Part shown: piece after piece, positions 1 through 15,000 of the stretch
Numbering within the stretch: position 1 is the stretch's first letter
Layout of the letters: every line of letters starts with the position of its first letter
Assembly (NCBI GenBank): GCA_965206745.1
Contig: OZ242220.1
Span: 1,504,001-1,568,000 of the forward strand
Source of the DNA: Nitrosopumilus sp.
Lineage (GTDB): Archaea > Thermoproteota > Nitrososphaeria > Nitrososphaerales > Nitrosopumilaceae
Direction of reading: 5' to 3'
DNA: 64,000 nt
The notes under the pieces: generated by a model
Seen by the model: the letters and a program-made list of their open reading frames with translations, nothing else
What the model was told of the DNA's origin: nothing
Databases searched by the model: none
Translations under genes and position numbers: made by a program

Positions 1-3000
1 AATGTCCACTCAAACTCGTAGGTTGCAGGATCTTGTATGGCAGATACCGTATCACGTGGAATGGTACTTGTAAATGCGCCGGTGGTAGGATTCAGGCGAT
101 CTCTGAGGGATTCGGGCAGGGTGCTGCCCTCTAGGATGACATAGTTGGATATGGCGTCTGGTGTTGGCAGCTCCGCAGGGTTGTCAACTACATTGTTTAG
201 TGAAGGAATCTCATCACCCTCTGTCACTCTTGCTGCGTAGGAGGTAAATGTTGGCGGGGTGTTGCTGTGGGATACAGTTATTGTGCCGTCCTGCACATCC
301 GGATCTCCTGGAGAGCCGTCATCAAATGTCCATTGGAATGTATAGCGGGCAGGAGGGTCTCCGGCAGCTACCGTATCAAATGGAACAGGGTCTGTAAAGT
401 TACCATTGGTTTCATCCAGGGAAAGTCTGATGTCGTCAGGCAGGTTGCCAATGTCTGGTACGATGGCATATACGGATCTTTGGTCTAAAGCCTCATCAGG
501 GTCTGTAACCACAGTGGACAGGGAATCAAGGATATCACCTTCTGATACTGTCTGCGTGTATTCGGTGAATGTAGGTGGTTCGTTTTCTTCTGTTAGAGCT
601 TGTACATCGAATGGGACGTCTAGAGTGGTCCTATTAACTGTATCATCCAGACTTAATGTGAATGTAACTCTGGTGCCGCCATGAATCTCAGCTGGAGTCC
701 ACGTGAATATGCCATCTTGATCAATCGTTGCATTTGCATTGGCAGTAATGTCAACAGATGATACGTCCCATGTTGGCAGAGGATCGTTTGTGTCAAGATC
801 CCTACCCTCAAAGTCAATTGATATTGTTTCCGATTCAAAAGGTGCTAGATTGGCAGTATCTGGAATGGGATCAATTTCAGGTGCTCGGTTGACGTTGTTT
901 ACTGTAATTGTGCCTTGTCGGTCATATTCATCAAAGCTATCTGTATATATCCATGTAAAGCGGACTGTTCGAGGGTCTGTTGAAATATCCACACGGTTAA
1001 AGTCAAACTTGCCGTCCGGACCAAACTCACCGGTGTTTTCATTCAGAGATCTTCCGATGGATCCAGAGAGGCCACTTGTGATCTCGTATGTACCGTCTGG
1101 ATCTGGTGTCCCATCAGGGTCGATAACAAAGTCAGAGAGGCTTGGGAATCCCTCATTCTCATCTACTGTAGCGACATAGTCAGTAACTGTTGATTCTGAG
1201 TTTGTCTCTACCACATTAAATGCGATGGTATAAGTTGCTACCTTCTCTCCGGGATCAGTCAGGGTGATTATAAATTGGACTGTGCTGCTGCCGTGGGATT
1301 CACCGGGAGTCCATGTGAATGCGCCAGTTGTCCTATCAATGACTGCATTGGTGGTTGCATTTGCCTGTACGGTCCACTCTGGAGGATCATCGCCTGCAAC
1401 AGTGGCAGTACGGGTATCAGGATCAGAGCCATCCATGGTAAAGGATACTGCTTGGTGCTCATCAGGTGTATCATCAACGGCACCCAAAGGACCGTCTATC
1501 ACAGGTGCTCTGTTATAGTTGGTTACAGTGATTGTGCCAGCCCGGACAGGTTCTGGTGTATTGACGCCGTCACTATACCTCCATTGGATGGTGTAGATTC
1601 TGGTCGGGTCTGCATAGGTTGCAGTGTCAAATGGGAATGACTCGTCAAATGCGCCAGTTGTCTCATCAAAGGATTCCATGACGTTATCAGGCAGTGGAGG
1701 GACGCTTGATTCTAACGTGTATACGATGGTGCCAGATGACGATTCCACAGGGTCACTTACTGCACTTGAGAGTGGCGGAATCCTGCCGCCTTCAGATACT
1801 CCGGCATTATATTCAGATAGGTCTGGTATCTCGTCTATTGTTGGTGTGAGTTCCGTCTCAGATACGACAAAGTCAATCCTTACAGAGTCTTTTTCACCTA
1901 CAAAGTCAGTGAGGGTGACGTTAAATGAGACCATATCTCCCTCATCATACTGGCCACCTGGAATCCACAGGAATTGGCCGGTGGCAGGATTAATAATTGC
2001 AGGATTAATGATTGCAGCGTCATCGTTTGGAGATACGCTCCATGTTGGTGAATCATCACCTGGAACAGTAGCAGTACGAGTATCAGGATCCGTACCCTCA
2101 AAGTCAAATGATACCAGTTCGAATTCTGCGGGGTTGGTGTTGGTGACGGTTCGAGTTGTAATTACAGGCGCCCGGTTGTCGTTGCTTACTGTAATTGTGC
2201 CGAACTGATCAAGTGATGTACCAGTGTCGTCTGTATACGTCCATGTAAAGGCAAATGTCTCAGGACCATTAGTGGCATTGAGGTGATCAAATGGGAATGA
2301 CCCGGTAAATGCGCCGGTTGCCTCATCAAAGGTGATGTCATCAGGCAGGACAAGGTTGTCATCTAGGGCATATCTGATGGCAGTATCTATATCATCCTCG
2401 GCAGGGTCGCTGACTGCGATGGAAAGCGGTGGGATAGCCTGTCCTTCAAGGATTGACTGTGAGTATGAGGCAAAGTCTGGAGGATCGTCTCCCGGCGTGG
2501 GTTCAGTGGCAGTTATGACAAATGGGACAGTCTCTGTGACCTGCTCACCTGCAGCATCAATCAGGGTAAATGTAAAGTCTACTGTGCTGCCGCCGTGGGA
2601 TGCACCTGGAATCCACAGGAATGTGCCATTCTCCGGATGAATCGTTGCACTTGCATCAGCGGCAGGGTCAGTAGAGGATACGCTCCACCTTGGCAGAGGA
2701 TCGTTTGTGTCCTCATCAGAGCCGCTTGCGACAAATGACACTATTTCAAACTCAGAGTATGTCCCGGGGCCCGGAATCAGGTCAATTGTAGGTGCTCGGT
2801 TGTCGTTCTCTACAGTCAGGATGCCATGCTGTATAGGAGAGCGTACAGAGTCGTATTCAAGTATCCACTCAAACTCGTAGGTTGCAGGATCCTCCAGGGC
2901 AGATACCGTATCACGTGTAATGAAACCTGCAAATGCGCCGGTGTCATGATTCAGGAGATCTACGAGGGATTCGGGCAGGTTGCCTCCTGTGATGTTGTAG

Positions 3001-6000
3001 AATTGTGTGGCGTCTTGTGAAAGTTCATCAGGGTTGCCAACTACATTGTTTAGTGAAGGAATCTCATCACCCTCTGTCACTCTTTCTGTGTATGAGGTAA
3101 ATGTCGGTTCGACACTTTGAGGAGCTATGATGGTTATGTCAATATTGACACCATCAATGAGAGTTCCTTGATTATCCCGATATTCAAATGACAGATCATC
3201 AGTTGTAGCACCAGATGACGTGCGGTATGTTATAGTAACTATACCAACTGTATCTGTAACGAAAGTGTATGTACCGAAATCAGGTTCCTTACCTATAGAT
3301 ACAGTTATTGGATCTCTCTCGGGATCTGTGACAATTGCCAGAATGTGGTCTGTACCATCGCTTTGCACCACATGGTTCCCAAGAGTGTGGGATGGTGGCT
3401 CGTTTCTCTCCTGCACGTCAACTGTGATGATTCGGTCATCCTTGTCCCCTGCAGGATCAGTGAGGGTGAGCTTGAATGAGGCCGTGGTACTGGCATGAGT
3501 GTCATCAGGGGTCCACGTGAATAGACCGCTTGTCCTGCCAATCTCTGCACCGTCATCATTTGGAGATATGCTCCATGTTGGGGCAGCCTCGCCTGTAGCA
3601 GAATCAGTATCGGGATCATCGCCTGTCATGGTAAATTGCAGGGTATCTCCAGGACTAGGTGAGACAAACGAGGGTGTTGCACCTATCACGGGCTCTCGGT
3701 TGTCGTTGTTTACTCGCAACGAGCCGAATTGTTCCTCTGGTACTGCACCACTGCCGTCTGTATACATCCATGTTATCTCATATCGTATAAAGCCAGGATC
3801 AGAGTCTGTGGTGTTAAATGGGAATGATCCGTCAAAGTCACCGGTGTTCTCATCAAAGTCGACGTCATCAGGCAGGGACGGGCTGATGTCTAACAATTCA
3901 TAACGGATGTCACCGTCTGGCGGAATCTCTACGGGATCTCGGACCAGTTCTGAGAGACTGGGAATTGGACTGCCTTCCAATACTCCCCTCACGTAACGGA
4001 ATATGGCAGGTTCCTCATTTACGTCTGGCGTGTCATCAACATTAGTTATGGTAAAGTCAAGCGGTACATCGTCTTTGTCACCTACAGGATCAGTGAGGGT
4101 GACGTTAAATGAGACTGTGTCTCCCTCGTCATACTGGTCACCCACAATCCACGTGAATGCCCCACTGGTGGAATTGATGTATGCACCGTCATCATTTGGA
4201 GATATGCTCCATGTTGGGGGATCATCACCTGTATCAGTATCTTCATCCATACCCTCAAAGTCAAATGATACTGTTTGGAGTTCTGTAGGGTTTTCGTTGA
4301 AGCCGGTTCGAGTTGTAATTACAGGTGCCCGGTTGTCGTTGTTTACTGTCAGTATGGCAAACTGTTCATCTGATGTACCAGTGCCGTCTGTATACGTCCA
4401 TGTAATGTTATAGGTTACAAAGCCCGGATCAGAGTTTACAGTGTCAAATGGGAACGTGGCTGAAAAGTCACCGGTTGCCCCAATGGCGACAGGCAGTGGA
4501 GGGTCACTTGATACAAATGTATAACTGATGGCACCGACTGTCCCATCCTCGGCAGGGTCGCTGACTGCGATGGAGAGTGACGGGACATCCTGTCCTTCAA
4601 GTACAGTCTGTGAGTATGAGACAATTCGGGGCGGATCGTCACCTGACGTGTTTGGAGTGTCAATTATGTTAAATATGACAGTCTCTGTGTCCAGCTCACC
4701 TGCAGCATCAGTCAAGTTAAATGTAAACAGGATTGTGCTGCCGCCGCGAGACTCATCTGGAATCCACAGGAATGCCCCATTCTCCAGATGAATCTCTGCA
4801 TCAGTGGAGACGGTGGCATTGTCCGATACACTCCACCTTGGCAGAGGATCGTTTGTGTCCTCATCAAAGCCTCGCACGGTAAATGATATTATTTCAAACT
4901 CAGAGTATGTCCTGGGGCCCGGAATCGGATCAACTGTTGGCAGTCTGTTGTTGTTCTCTACAGTTATGGTACTGTACTGCATCGGCGATGTTCCGGTGCC
5001 GTCCTCAAATGTCCACTCAATCTCGTAGGTTACAGAACCCTCCAGGGCAGATACCGTATCAAATGGGAACGTGGCTGAAAAGTCACCGGTTGCCGTATCA
5101 AAGGATCCTCTGATGTCATCAGGCAGGTTGTGTGATGTGATATTATATGTGGATACAAGGTCTGCCTCTGCTTCCTCAGGGTTGGTGACTGCATCAGATA
5201 GTGAAGGGATTGGCGCATCCTCCTGTATCCTTTCTGTATAGGAGGCAAATGTCGGCACATTGTTTGGATCTACTGTAAACGTGTGGATTGCAGTGGCAGG
5301 GATACCTTCCTCATCAGTTATGCTGAATGTGAATTCGACTCCAGTACCGCCATGCACATCACGTGGAGTCCACGAGAATACACCACTCTGAGAAATTGTT
5401 GCATCTGTATTGGCATCAGAGTCATTAGAGGATACGCTCCATGTTGGCGGGTCGTCATTGGTGTCATCATCCCCGCCTAGCAGGGCAACTGGTACATTTT
5501 GACCGACAAAAATCAGTTCAGGTGTACCATCTGGAACCTGGATGGTTGGGAGCTGGTTGAGGTTCGTTACGTTTAGTGTACCAGGCTGATTCGGTGATGT
5601 TGTTCCAGAGCCGTCAGTGAAGGTCCACGCAAACGTAAAGAATTGGAATTCTTGCTCAAATGATACGGTATCAAATGGAATGACAGGACTAAACGCGCCA
5701 GTGTTTTCATTCAGAGTAACTGCAACCATACTCAGATTGCCAATTCCATCTACGATGGCATATCTGGGAGGGGTCTCTGAGGATTCATCAAGGTTGTTGA
5801 CGAAATCAGAGAGGGGAGGAACGGCATCACCTTCTGGCACTGTCTCGGCATACATATCAAATGGGGATGTCACAGCATTGACTGTCAGGGTGTAGGTACC
5901 TGAAGCAGTATCTACAGTGTTTGTTGCATCGTATTCTATTGTAAATTGCCGCGATAATTCTCCGTCAGGTACGACATTATCACTTATAGTACCAGTTATG

Positions 6001-9000
6001 GCACAGTTCATCTCATCAAATATGAGATCGTCAGGCAGGTTCCTGGGGTCGGTGATGGTACAGGTTACGCCGCCTGGACCCGTAGCTCCAAGTGGGATGT
6101 CTACTGTCTCACCTTCTGTGCGAGTTGAGGTACCGTTCGGTGCAGTAATTGTTGAAACGTCATCTACCAGTATGGTGCCAGGCTGGGATCCAGATGTAGA
6201 TTCACCAACACTGTATGTCCATTCAAATGGGAATGGTCGTGGTGAGTTTCCGGCAGTTGTGGCATCATGGGGTACGGTTCCTGCAAATGTTCCATCATCA
6301 CGGTTTAGCGTTATGCCAGATGGCAGTGCTTCAGTAAGTACGATGTCATATGTTATGCCAGGTACCGACTCTACACCAACTATTACACTTGCAAGCGAGG
6401 TGGGTATTTGCTGTCCCTCATCGACATCAACAGTGTATGGGCCAGATGTGTCAGGCAGTTCACTTGCTGCTGCAGACACAATAATTGTGTGCGGTTCAGT
6501 GCTAGATCCACCACGACCATCACTTAGCGTAAATGTAAATTCGTTAGGACCTATATGCGCTTCTGCAGGAGTCCATGTGAATTCTATGCTTGATCCGGTG
6601 GTTGCATTAAGTACTGCACCGGTGGCAGTTGAAGAATCATCTGATAGGGACCATGTCAAAGTATTGCCATCAGGATCCTCACCGGTCACTACAAATGTGA
6701 CTGGGTCGCCTACAACAGCTGTGGTATCGGCATCCGGTGGGATGGTTATGATTGGGTCTCTGACAGGTATAGTAAATTCTATTATCCTAGTGGCTGGAGT
6801 AGTAATTATACCATCAGTCACTTGGACTGTCCTATCTGCAAATCCACCTTCATGGAAATGAGGAGGCGTATATGTAAAGAATCCGGTTCTCGCATCAATT
6901 TCTGCACCCTGATCATTGCCGCGTTCTAGACTCCATACCAGTTCCTCATCACCATCAAGATGCGTAGCGGTGAACTGTATTTCTACGAGGTCACCTACAT
7001 TGGGTGTAGGATCGAAAGTGTCTGGGGTATTTATTGTCGGTGCCAGGTTGACGTTGATTACCTCTATGGAACTAGTCTGAGTTATGTTAGCATTTGGACC
7101 GTTGCCGTCGTCATTGTATGTCCACCTGAACTCGAACCGTTCTGGTGAGAGTGCGTTAGTTGTCGCATTATGGGATACGGTTCCTTCAAATGTTCCATCA
7201 TCAGGGTTTAGCCTTATTCCAAGTGGCAGTTCGCCAGATTCGTGGGTATATCTTATTATGGGGAATAGCGTATCGTCGGGATCATTAATTGCACCTGAGA
7301 GGGAACGTAGTACTGAGTCTCCCTCGCGGACTTGCTCACTGTACGGTGTGTCAGATAGGGACGGTGGTGCGTTTGTCTCTGCCACATCAAATGCGATGGT
7401 ATAGGTGGCTACCTTCTCTCCGGGATCAGTCAGGGTGATTATAAAGTGGACTGTGCTGCTGCCGTGGGATTCACCTGGTGTCCACGTGAATATGCCATCT
7501 TGATCAATCACTGCATTGTTGGTTGCATTTGCCTGTACAGTCCACTCCGGCTCATCATCACCTGTATCAGTGTCAGGATCCATGCCCTCAAAGTCAACTG
7601 ATACCAATTCTCCCTCATCAGGTGTATCATCAACAGCACCTGAAGGACCGTCTATCACAGGTGCTCTGTTATAGTTGGTTACAGTGATTGTGCCAGCCCG
7701 GACAGGTTCTGGTGTATTGACGCCGTCATCATATGTCCATTGGATGGTGTAGACTCTGGTAGGGTCTGCATAGGTTGCAGTGTCAAATGGGAATGATGCA
7801 TCAAATGCGCCAGTTGTCTCATCAAAGGAGCCGCTGACGACAGCAGGTAGTGGAGGGTCGCTTGATTCTAACGTGTATACGGGGGTGCCAGTTGTCGAAT
7901 CCTCTACAGGGTCACTTACCGCACTTGAGAGTGGCGGAATTCTGCCGCCTTCAGATACTCCGGCATTATATTCAGATAGGTCTGGTATCTCGTCTATTGT
8001 TGGTGTGAGTTCCGTCTCAGATACGGTAAATTCAATCTCTTCAGTGGCTCTTGCGCCTATAGGATCAGTGAGGGTGATGTTAAATGAGACAGTGTCTCCA
8101 TCGCCATACTGACCGCCTGGAATCCACAAAAAGTCACCGGTGGCAGGATTGATAATTGCGCCGTCATTGTTTGGAGATATGCCCCATATTGGTGCAGCCT
8201 CGCCTGTAGTGTCATCAGTATCAGGATCCATACCCTCAAAGTCATATGATACTGCTTGGAATTGGGCAGGTGTATTGTTGATACCGTTCGGAGGTGTGAT
8301 TACAGGCTCTCGGTTGTCGTTGTTTACTGTCAGTATGGCAAACATTTGAGGCGGTGATGGGTTGGTGTCATCTGTATACGTCCATGTAATGTTATAGTTT
8401 ACAAAGCCTGGATCAGAGTCTGCAGTGTCAAATGGGAACGTGTCTGAAAAGTCACCGGTTGCACTATCAATGGTGATACCAGGCAGTGGAGGGTCACTTG
8501 ATACAAATGTATAACTGATGGTACCGTCTGGAGAATCTTCGGCAGGGTCGCTGACTACGATGGAGAGTGACGGTACATCCTGTCCTTCAAGGATTGACTG
8601 TGAGTATTGGACAATTCGGGGCGGATCACTTTCTGGCGTGTTTGGAGTGTCAGTTATGACAAATGGGACAGTCCTTGTGACCTGCTCATCTGCAGCATCA
8701 GTTAAGGTGAATATAACATCTACTGTGCCGGCGTGGGACTCGCCTGGAATCCACAGGAATGTGCCGTTTTCTGGATGAATCGTTGCATCGACAGTAGCAT
8801 CAGCAGAGGATACGCTCCACCTTGGCAGAGGATCGTTTGTGTCCTCATCAGAGCCGCTGGCAATAAATGATATTGTTTCAAACTCAGAGTATGTCCTGGG
8901 GCCCGGAATCAGGTCAATTGTAGGTGCTCGGTTCTCGTTCTCTACAGTCAGGATGCCGTGCTGTACAGGAGAGGTTACAAAGTCGTATGTAAGGGTCCAC

Positions 9001-12000
9001 TCAAACTCGTAGGTTGCAGGATCCTCTAGGGCAGATACCGTATCGTATGGAATGACATTTCTAAATGCGCCGGTGTTAGTATTCAGGAGATCTTTGAGGG
9101 ATTCAGGCAGGGTGCCTTCTCCGATGTCGTAGACTAGTGTGGCGCCTGGTGGAATTGTATCGGGGTCAACTGCATCAGACAGTGAAGGAATCACGCTATT
9201 CTCTGCTACTCTTTCTGTGTAGGAGGTAAATGTCGGTACTACACTTTCAGGCACAGTTGGAACGTCAGTTACATGTATGGTACTAGTCTGTATTAGAGAT
9301 TCAGTTGGACCGTCACTGTATCTCCACATGAACGTGAAAGGTTCTGGCGAGTCTTCGGCAGTTGTCGCATCATGGGATACGGTTCCTACAAATGATCCAT
9401 CAGGGTTTAGATCTATTCCAAGTGGCAGTTCGCCAGATTCGTGGGTATATGTTATGGGAGATGTCGGATCGCCTGGATCATCAACTGCATCTGAGAGCGG
9501 AAAGTCAATTGTTTGTCCCTCGTTGACGCTAGCAGCGTATCCATTGGTAACTGTACCGGGTAATCCGATTATCTCTGCCACATCAAATGTGATGATACGA
9601 GTGACTACTTTCTTTCCGGGATCAGTCAGGACGAATGTGAATTCGACTGTGCTACCACCGTGAGTATGATCAGTAGGCCACGTGAATGCGCCATTTATCC
9701 TATCAATGACTGCATTGTTGGTTGCATTTGCCTGTACGGTCCACTCTGGAGGATCATCGCCTGCAACAGTGGCAGTACGGGTATCAGGATCAGAGCCAAA
9801 CAGGGTAAAGAATACTGTTTGACCCTCCGAAGGGTTTCTGTCAATACCAGAAGTGCCGTCTATCACAGGTGCTCTGTTATAGTTGGTTACAGTGATTGTG
9901 CCAGCCCGGACAGGTTCTGGTGTATTGACGCCGTCATCATATGTCCATTGGATGGTGTAGGTTCTGGTCGGGTCTGCATAGGTTGCAGTGTCAAATGGGA
10001 ATGATGCATCAAATGCGCCAGTTGTCTCATCAAAGGAGCCGCTGACGACAGCAGGTAGTGGAGGGTCGCTTGATTCTAACGTGTATACGATGGTGCCAGA
10101 TGACGATTCCACAGGGTCACTTACCGCACTTGAGAGTGGCGGAATTCTGCCGCCTTCAGATACTCCGGCATTATATTCAGATAGGTCTGGTATCTCGTCT
10201 ATTGTTGGTGTGAGTTCCGTCTCAGATACGGTAAATTCAATCTCTTCAGTGGCTCTTGCGCCTATAGGATCAGTGAGGGTGATGTTAAATGAGACAGTGT
10301 CTCCATCGCCATACTGACCGCCTGGAATCCACAAAAAGTCACCGGTGGCAGGATTGATAATTGCGCCGTCATTGTTTGGAGATATGCCCCATATTGGTGC
10401 AGCCTCGCCTGTAGTGTCATCAGTATCAGGATCCATACCCTCAAAGTCATATGATACTGCTTGGAATTGGGCAGGTGTATTGTTGATACCGTTCGGAGGT
10501 GTGATTACAGGCTCTCGGTTGTCGTTGTTTACTGTCAGTATGGCAAACATTTGAGGCGGTGATGGGTTGGTGTCATCTGTATACGTCCATGTAATGTTAT
10601 AGTTTACAAAGCCTGGATCAGAGTCTGCAGTGTCAAATGGGAACGTGTCTGAAAAGTCACCGGTTGCACTATCAATGGTGATACCAGGCAGTGGAGGGTC
10701 ACTTGATACAAATGTATAACTGATGGTACCGTCTGGAGAATCTTCGGCAGGGTCGCTGACTACGATGGAGAGTGACGGTACATCCTGTCCTTCAAGGATT
10801 GACTGTGAGTATTGGACAATTCGGGGCGGATCACTTTCTGGCGTGTTTGGAGTGTCAGTTATGACAAATGGGACAGTCCTTGTGACCTGCTCATCTGCAG
10901 CATCAGTTAAGGTGAATATAACATCTACTGTGCCGGCGTGGGACTCGCCTGGAATCCACAGGAATGTGCCGTTTTCTGGATGAATCGTTGCATCGACAGT
11001 AGCATCAGCAGAGGATACGCTCCACCTTGGCAGAGGATCGTTTGTGTCCTCATCAGAGCCGCTGGCAATAAATGATATTATTTCAAACTCAGAGTATGTC
11101 CTGGGGCCCGGAATCAGGTCAATTGTAGGTGCTCGGTTCTCGTTCTCTACAGTCAGGATGCCGTGCTGTACAGGAGAGGTTACAGAGTTGTATGTAAGGG
11201 TCCACTCAAACTCGTAGGTTGCAGGATCCTCCAAGGCAGATACCGTATCGTATGGAATGACATTTCTAAATGCGCCGGTGTTAGTATTCAGGAGATCTTT
11301 GAGGGATTCAGGCAGGGTGCCTTCTCCGATGTCGTAGACTAGTGTGGCGCCTGGTGGAATTGTATCGGGGTCAACTGCATCAGACAGTGAAGGAATCACG
11401 CTATTCTCTGCTACTCTTTCTGTGTAGGAGGTAAATGTCGGTTCGACACTTTGAGGCGGCTCGGTTCTCTCCTGCACGTCAACTGTGATGATTCGGTCAT
11501 CCTTGTCCCCTGCAGGATCAGTGAGGGTGAGCTTGAATGAGGCCGTGGTACTGGCATGAGTGTCATCAGGGGTCCACGTGAATAGACCGCTTGTCCTGCC
11601 AATCTCTGCACCGTCATCATTTGGAGATATGCTCCATGTTGGGGCAGCCTCGCCTGTAGCAGAATCAGTATCGGGATCATCGCCTGTCATGGTAAATTGC
11701 AGGGTATCTCCAGGACTAGGTGAGACAAACGAGGGTGTTGCACCTATCACGGGCTCTCGGTTGTCGTTGTTTACTCGCAACGAGCCGAATTGTTCCTCTG
11801 GTACTGCACCACTGCCGTCTGTATACATCCATGTTATCTCATATCGTATAAAGCCAGGATCAGAGTCTGTGGTGTTAAATGGGAATGATCCGTCAAAGTC
11901 ACCGGTGTTCTCATCAAAGTCGACGTCATCAGGCAGGTCCGGGCTGATGTCTAACAATTCATAACGGATGGCACCGTCTGGCGGAACCTCTACGGGATCT

Positions 12001-15000
12001 CGGACCAGTTCTGAGAGACTGGGAATTGGACTGCCTTCCAATACTCCCCTCACGTAACGGAATATGGCAGGTTCCTCATTTACGTCTGGCGTGTCATCAA
12101 CATTAGTTATGGTAAAGTCAAGCGGTACATCGTCTTTGTCACCTACAGGATCAGTGAGGGTGACGTTAAATGAGACTGTGTCTCCCTCGTCATACTGGTC
12201 ACCCACAATCCACGTGAATGCCCCACTGGTGGAATTGATGTATGCACCGTCATCATTTGGAGATATGCTCCATGTTGGGGGATCATCACCTGTATCAGTA
12301 TCTTCATCCATACCCTCAAAGTCAAATGATACTGTTTGGAGTTCTGTAGGGTTTTCGTTGAAGCCGGTTCGAGTTGTAATTACAGGTGCCCGGTTGTCGT
12401 TGTTTACTGTCAGTATGGCAAACTGTTCATCTGATGTACCAGTGCCGTCTGTATACGTCCATGTAATGTTATAGGTTACAAAGCCCGGATCAGAGTTTAC
12501 AGTGTCAAATGGGAACGTGGCTGAAAAGTCACCGGTTGCCCCAATGGCGACAGGCAGTGGAGGGTCACTTGATACAAATGTATAACTGATGGCACCGACT
12601 GTCCCATCCTCGGCAGGGTCGCTGACTGCGATGGAGAGTGACGGGACATCCTGTCCTTCAAGTACAGTCTGTGAGTATGAGACAATTCGGGGCGGATCGT
12701 CACCTGACGTGTTTGGAGTGTCAATTATGTTAAATATGACAGTCTCTGTGTCCAGCTCACCTGCAGCATCAGTCAAGTTAAATGTAAACAGGATTGTGCT
12801 GCCGCCGCGAGACTCATCTGGAATCCACAGGAATGCCCCATTCTCCAGATGAATCTCTGCATCAGTGGAGACGGTGGCATTGTCCGATACACTCCACCTT
12901 GGCAGAGGATCGTTTGTGTCCTCATCAAAGCCTCGCACGGTAAATGATATTATTTCAAACTCAGAGTATGTCCTGGGGCCCGGAATCGGATCAACTGTTG
13001 GCAGTCTGTTGTTGTTCTCTACAGTTATGGTACTGTACTGCATCGGCGATGTTCCGGTGCCGTCCTCAAATGTCCACTCAATCTCGTAGGTTACAGAACC
13101 CTCCAGGGCAGATACCGTATCAAATGGGAACGTGGCTGAAAAGTCACCGGTTGCCGTATCAAAGGATCCTCTGATGTCATCAGGCAGGTTGTGTGATGTG
13201 ATATTATATGTGGATACAAGGTCTGCCTCTGCTTCCTCAGGGTTGGTGACTGCATCAGATAGTGAAGGGATTGGCGCATCCTCCTGTATCCTTTCTGTAT
13301 AGGAGGCAAATGTCGGCACATTGTTTGGATCTACTGTAAACGTGTGGATTGCAGTGGCAGGGATACCTTCCTCATCAGTTATGCTGAATGTGAATTCGAC
13401 TCCAGTACCGCCATGCACATCACGTGGAGTCCACGAGAATACACCACTCTGAGAAATTGTTGCATCTGTATTGGCATCAGAGTCATTAGAGGATACGCTC
13501 CATGTTGGCGGGTCGTCATTGGTGTCATCATCCCCGCCTAGCAGGGCAACTGGTACATTTTGACCGACAAAAATCAGTTCAGGTGTACCATCTGGAACCT
13601 GGATGGTTGGGAGCTGGTTGAGGTTCGTTACGTTTAGTGTACCAGGCTGATTCGGTGATGTTGTTCCAGAGCCGTCAGTGAAGGTCCACGCAAACGTAAA
13701 GAATTGGAATTCTTGCTCAAATGATACGGTATCAAATGGAATGACAGGACTAAACGCGCCAGTGTTTTCATTCAGAGTAACTGCAACCATACTCAGATTG
13801 CCAATTCCATCTACGATGGCATATCTGGGAGGGGTCTCTGAGGATTCATCAAGGTTGTTGACGAAATCAGAGAGGGGAGGAACGGCATCACCTTCTGGCA
13901 CTGTCTCGGCATACATATCAAATGGGGATGTCACAGCATTGACTGTCAGGGTGTAGGTACCTGAAGCAGTATCTACAGTGTTTGTTGCATCGTATTCTAT
14001 TGTAAATTGCCGCGATAATTCTCCGTCAGGTACGACATTATCACTTATAGTACCAGTTATGGCACAGTTCATCTCATCAAATATGAGATCGTCAGGCAGG
14101 TTCCTGGGGTCGGTGATGGTACAGGTTACGCCGCCTGGACCCGTAGCTCCAAGTGGGATGTCTACTGTCTCACCTTCTGTGCGAGTTGAGGTACCGTTCG
14201 GTGCAGTAATTGTTGAAACGTCATCTACCAGTATGGTGCCAGGCTGGGATCCAGATGTAGATTCACCAACACTGTATGTCCATTCAAATGGGAATGGTCG
14301 TGGTGAGTTTCCGGCAGTTGTGGCATCATGGGGTACGGTTCCTGCAAATGTTCCATCATCACGGTTTAGCGTTATGCCAGATGGCAGTGCTTCAGTAAGT
14401 ACGATGTCATATGTTATGCCAGGTACCGACTCTACACCAACTATTACACTTGCAAGCGAGGTGGGTATTTGCTGTCCCTCATCGACATCAACAGTGTATG
14501 GGCCAGATGTGTCAGGCAGTTCACTTGCTGCTGCAGACACAATAATTGTGTGCGGTTCAGTGCTAGATCCACCACGACCATCACTTAGCGTAAATGTAAA
14601 TTCGTTAGGACCTATATGCGCTTCTGCAGGAGTCCATGTGAATTCTATGCTTGATCCGGTGGTTGCATTAAGTACTGCACCGGTGGCAGTTGAAGAATCA
14701 TCTGATAGGGACCATGTCAAAGTATTGCCATCAGGATCCTCACCGGTCACTACAAATGTGACTGGGTCGCCTACAACAGCTGTGGTATCGGCATCCGGTG
14801 GGATGGTTATGATTGGGTCTCTGACAGGTATAGTAAATTCTATTATCCTAGTGGCTGGAGTAGTAATTATACCATCAGTCACTTGGACTGTCCTATCTGC
14901 AAATCCACCTTCATGGAAATGAGGAGGCGTATATGTAAAGAATCCGGTTCTCGCATCAATTTCTGCACCCTGATCATTGCCGCGTTCTAGACTCCATACC

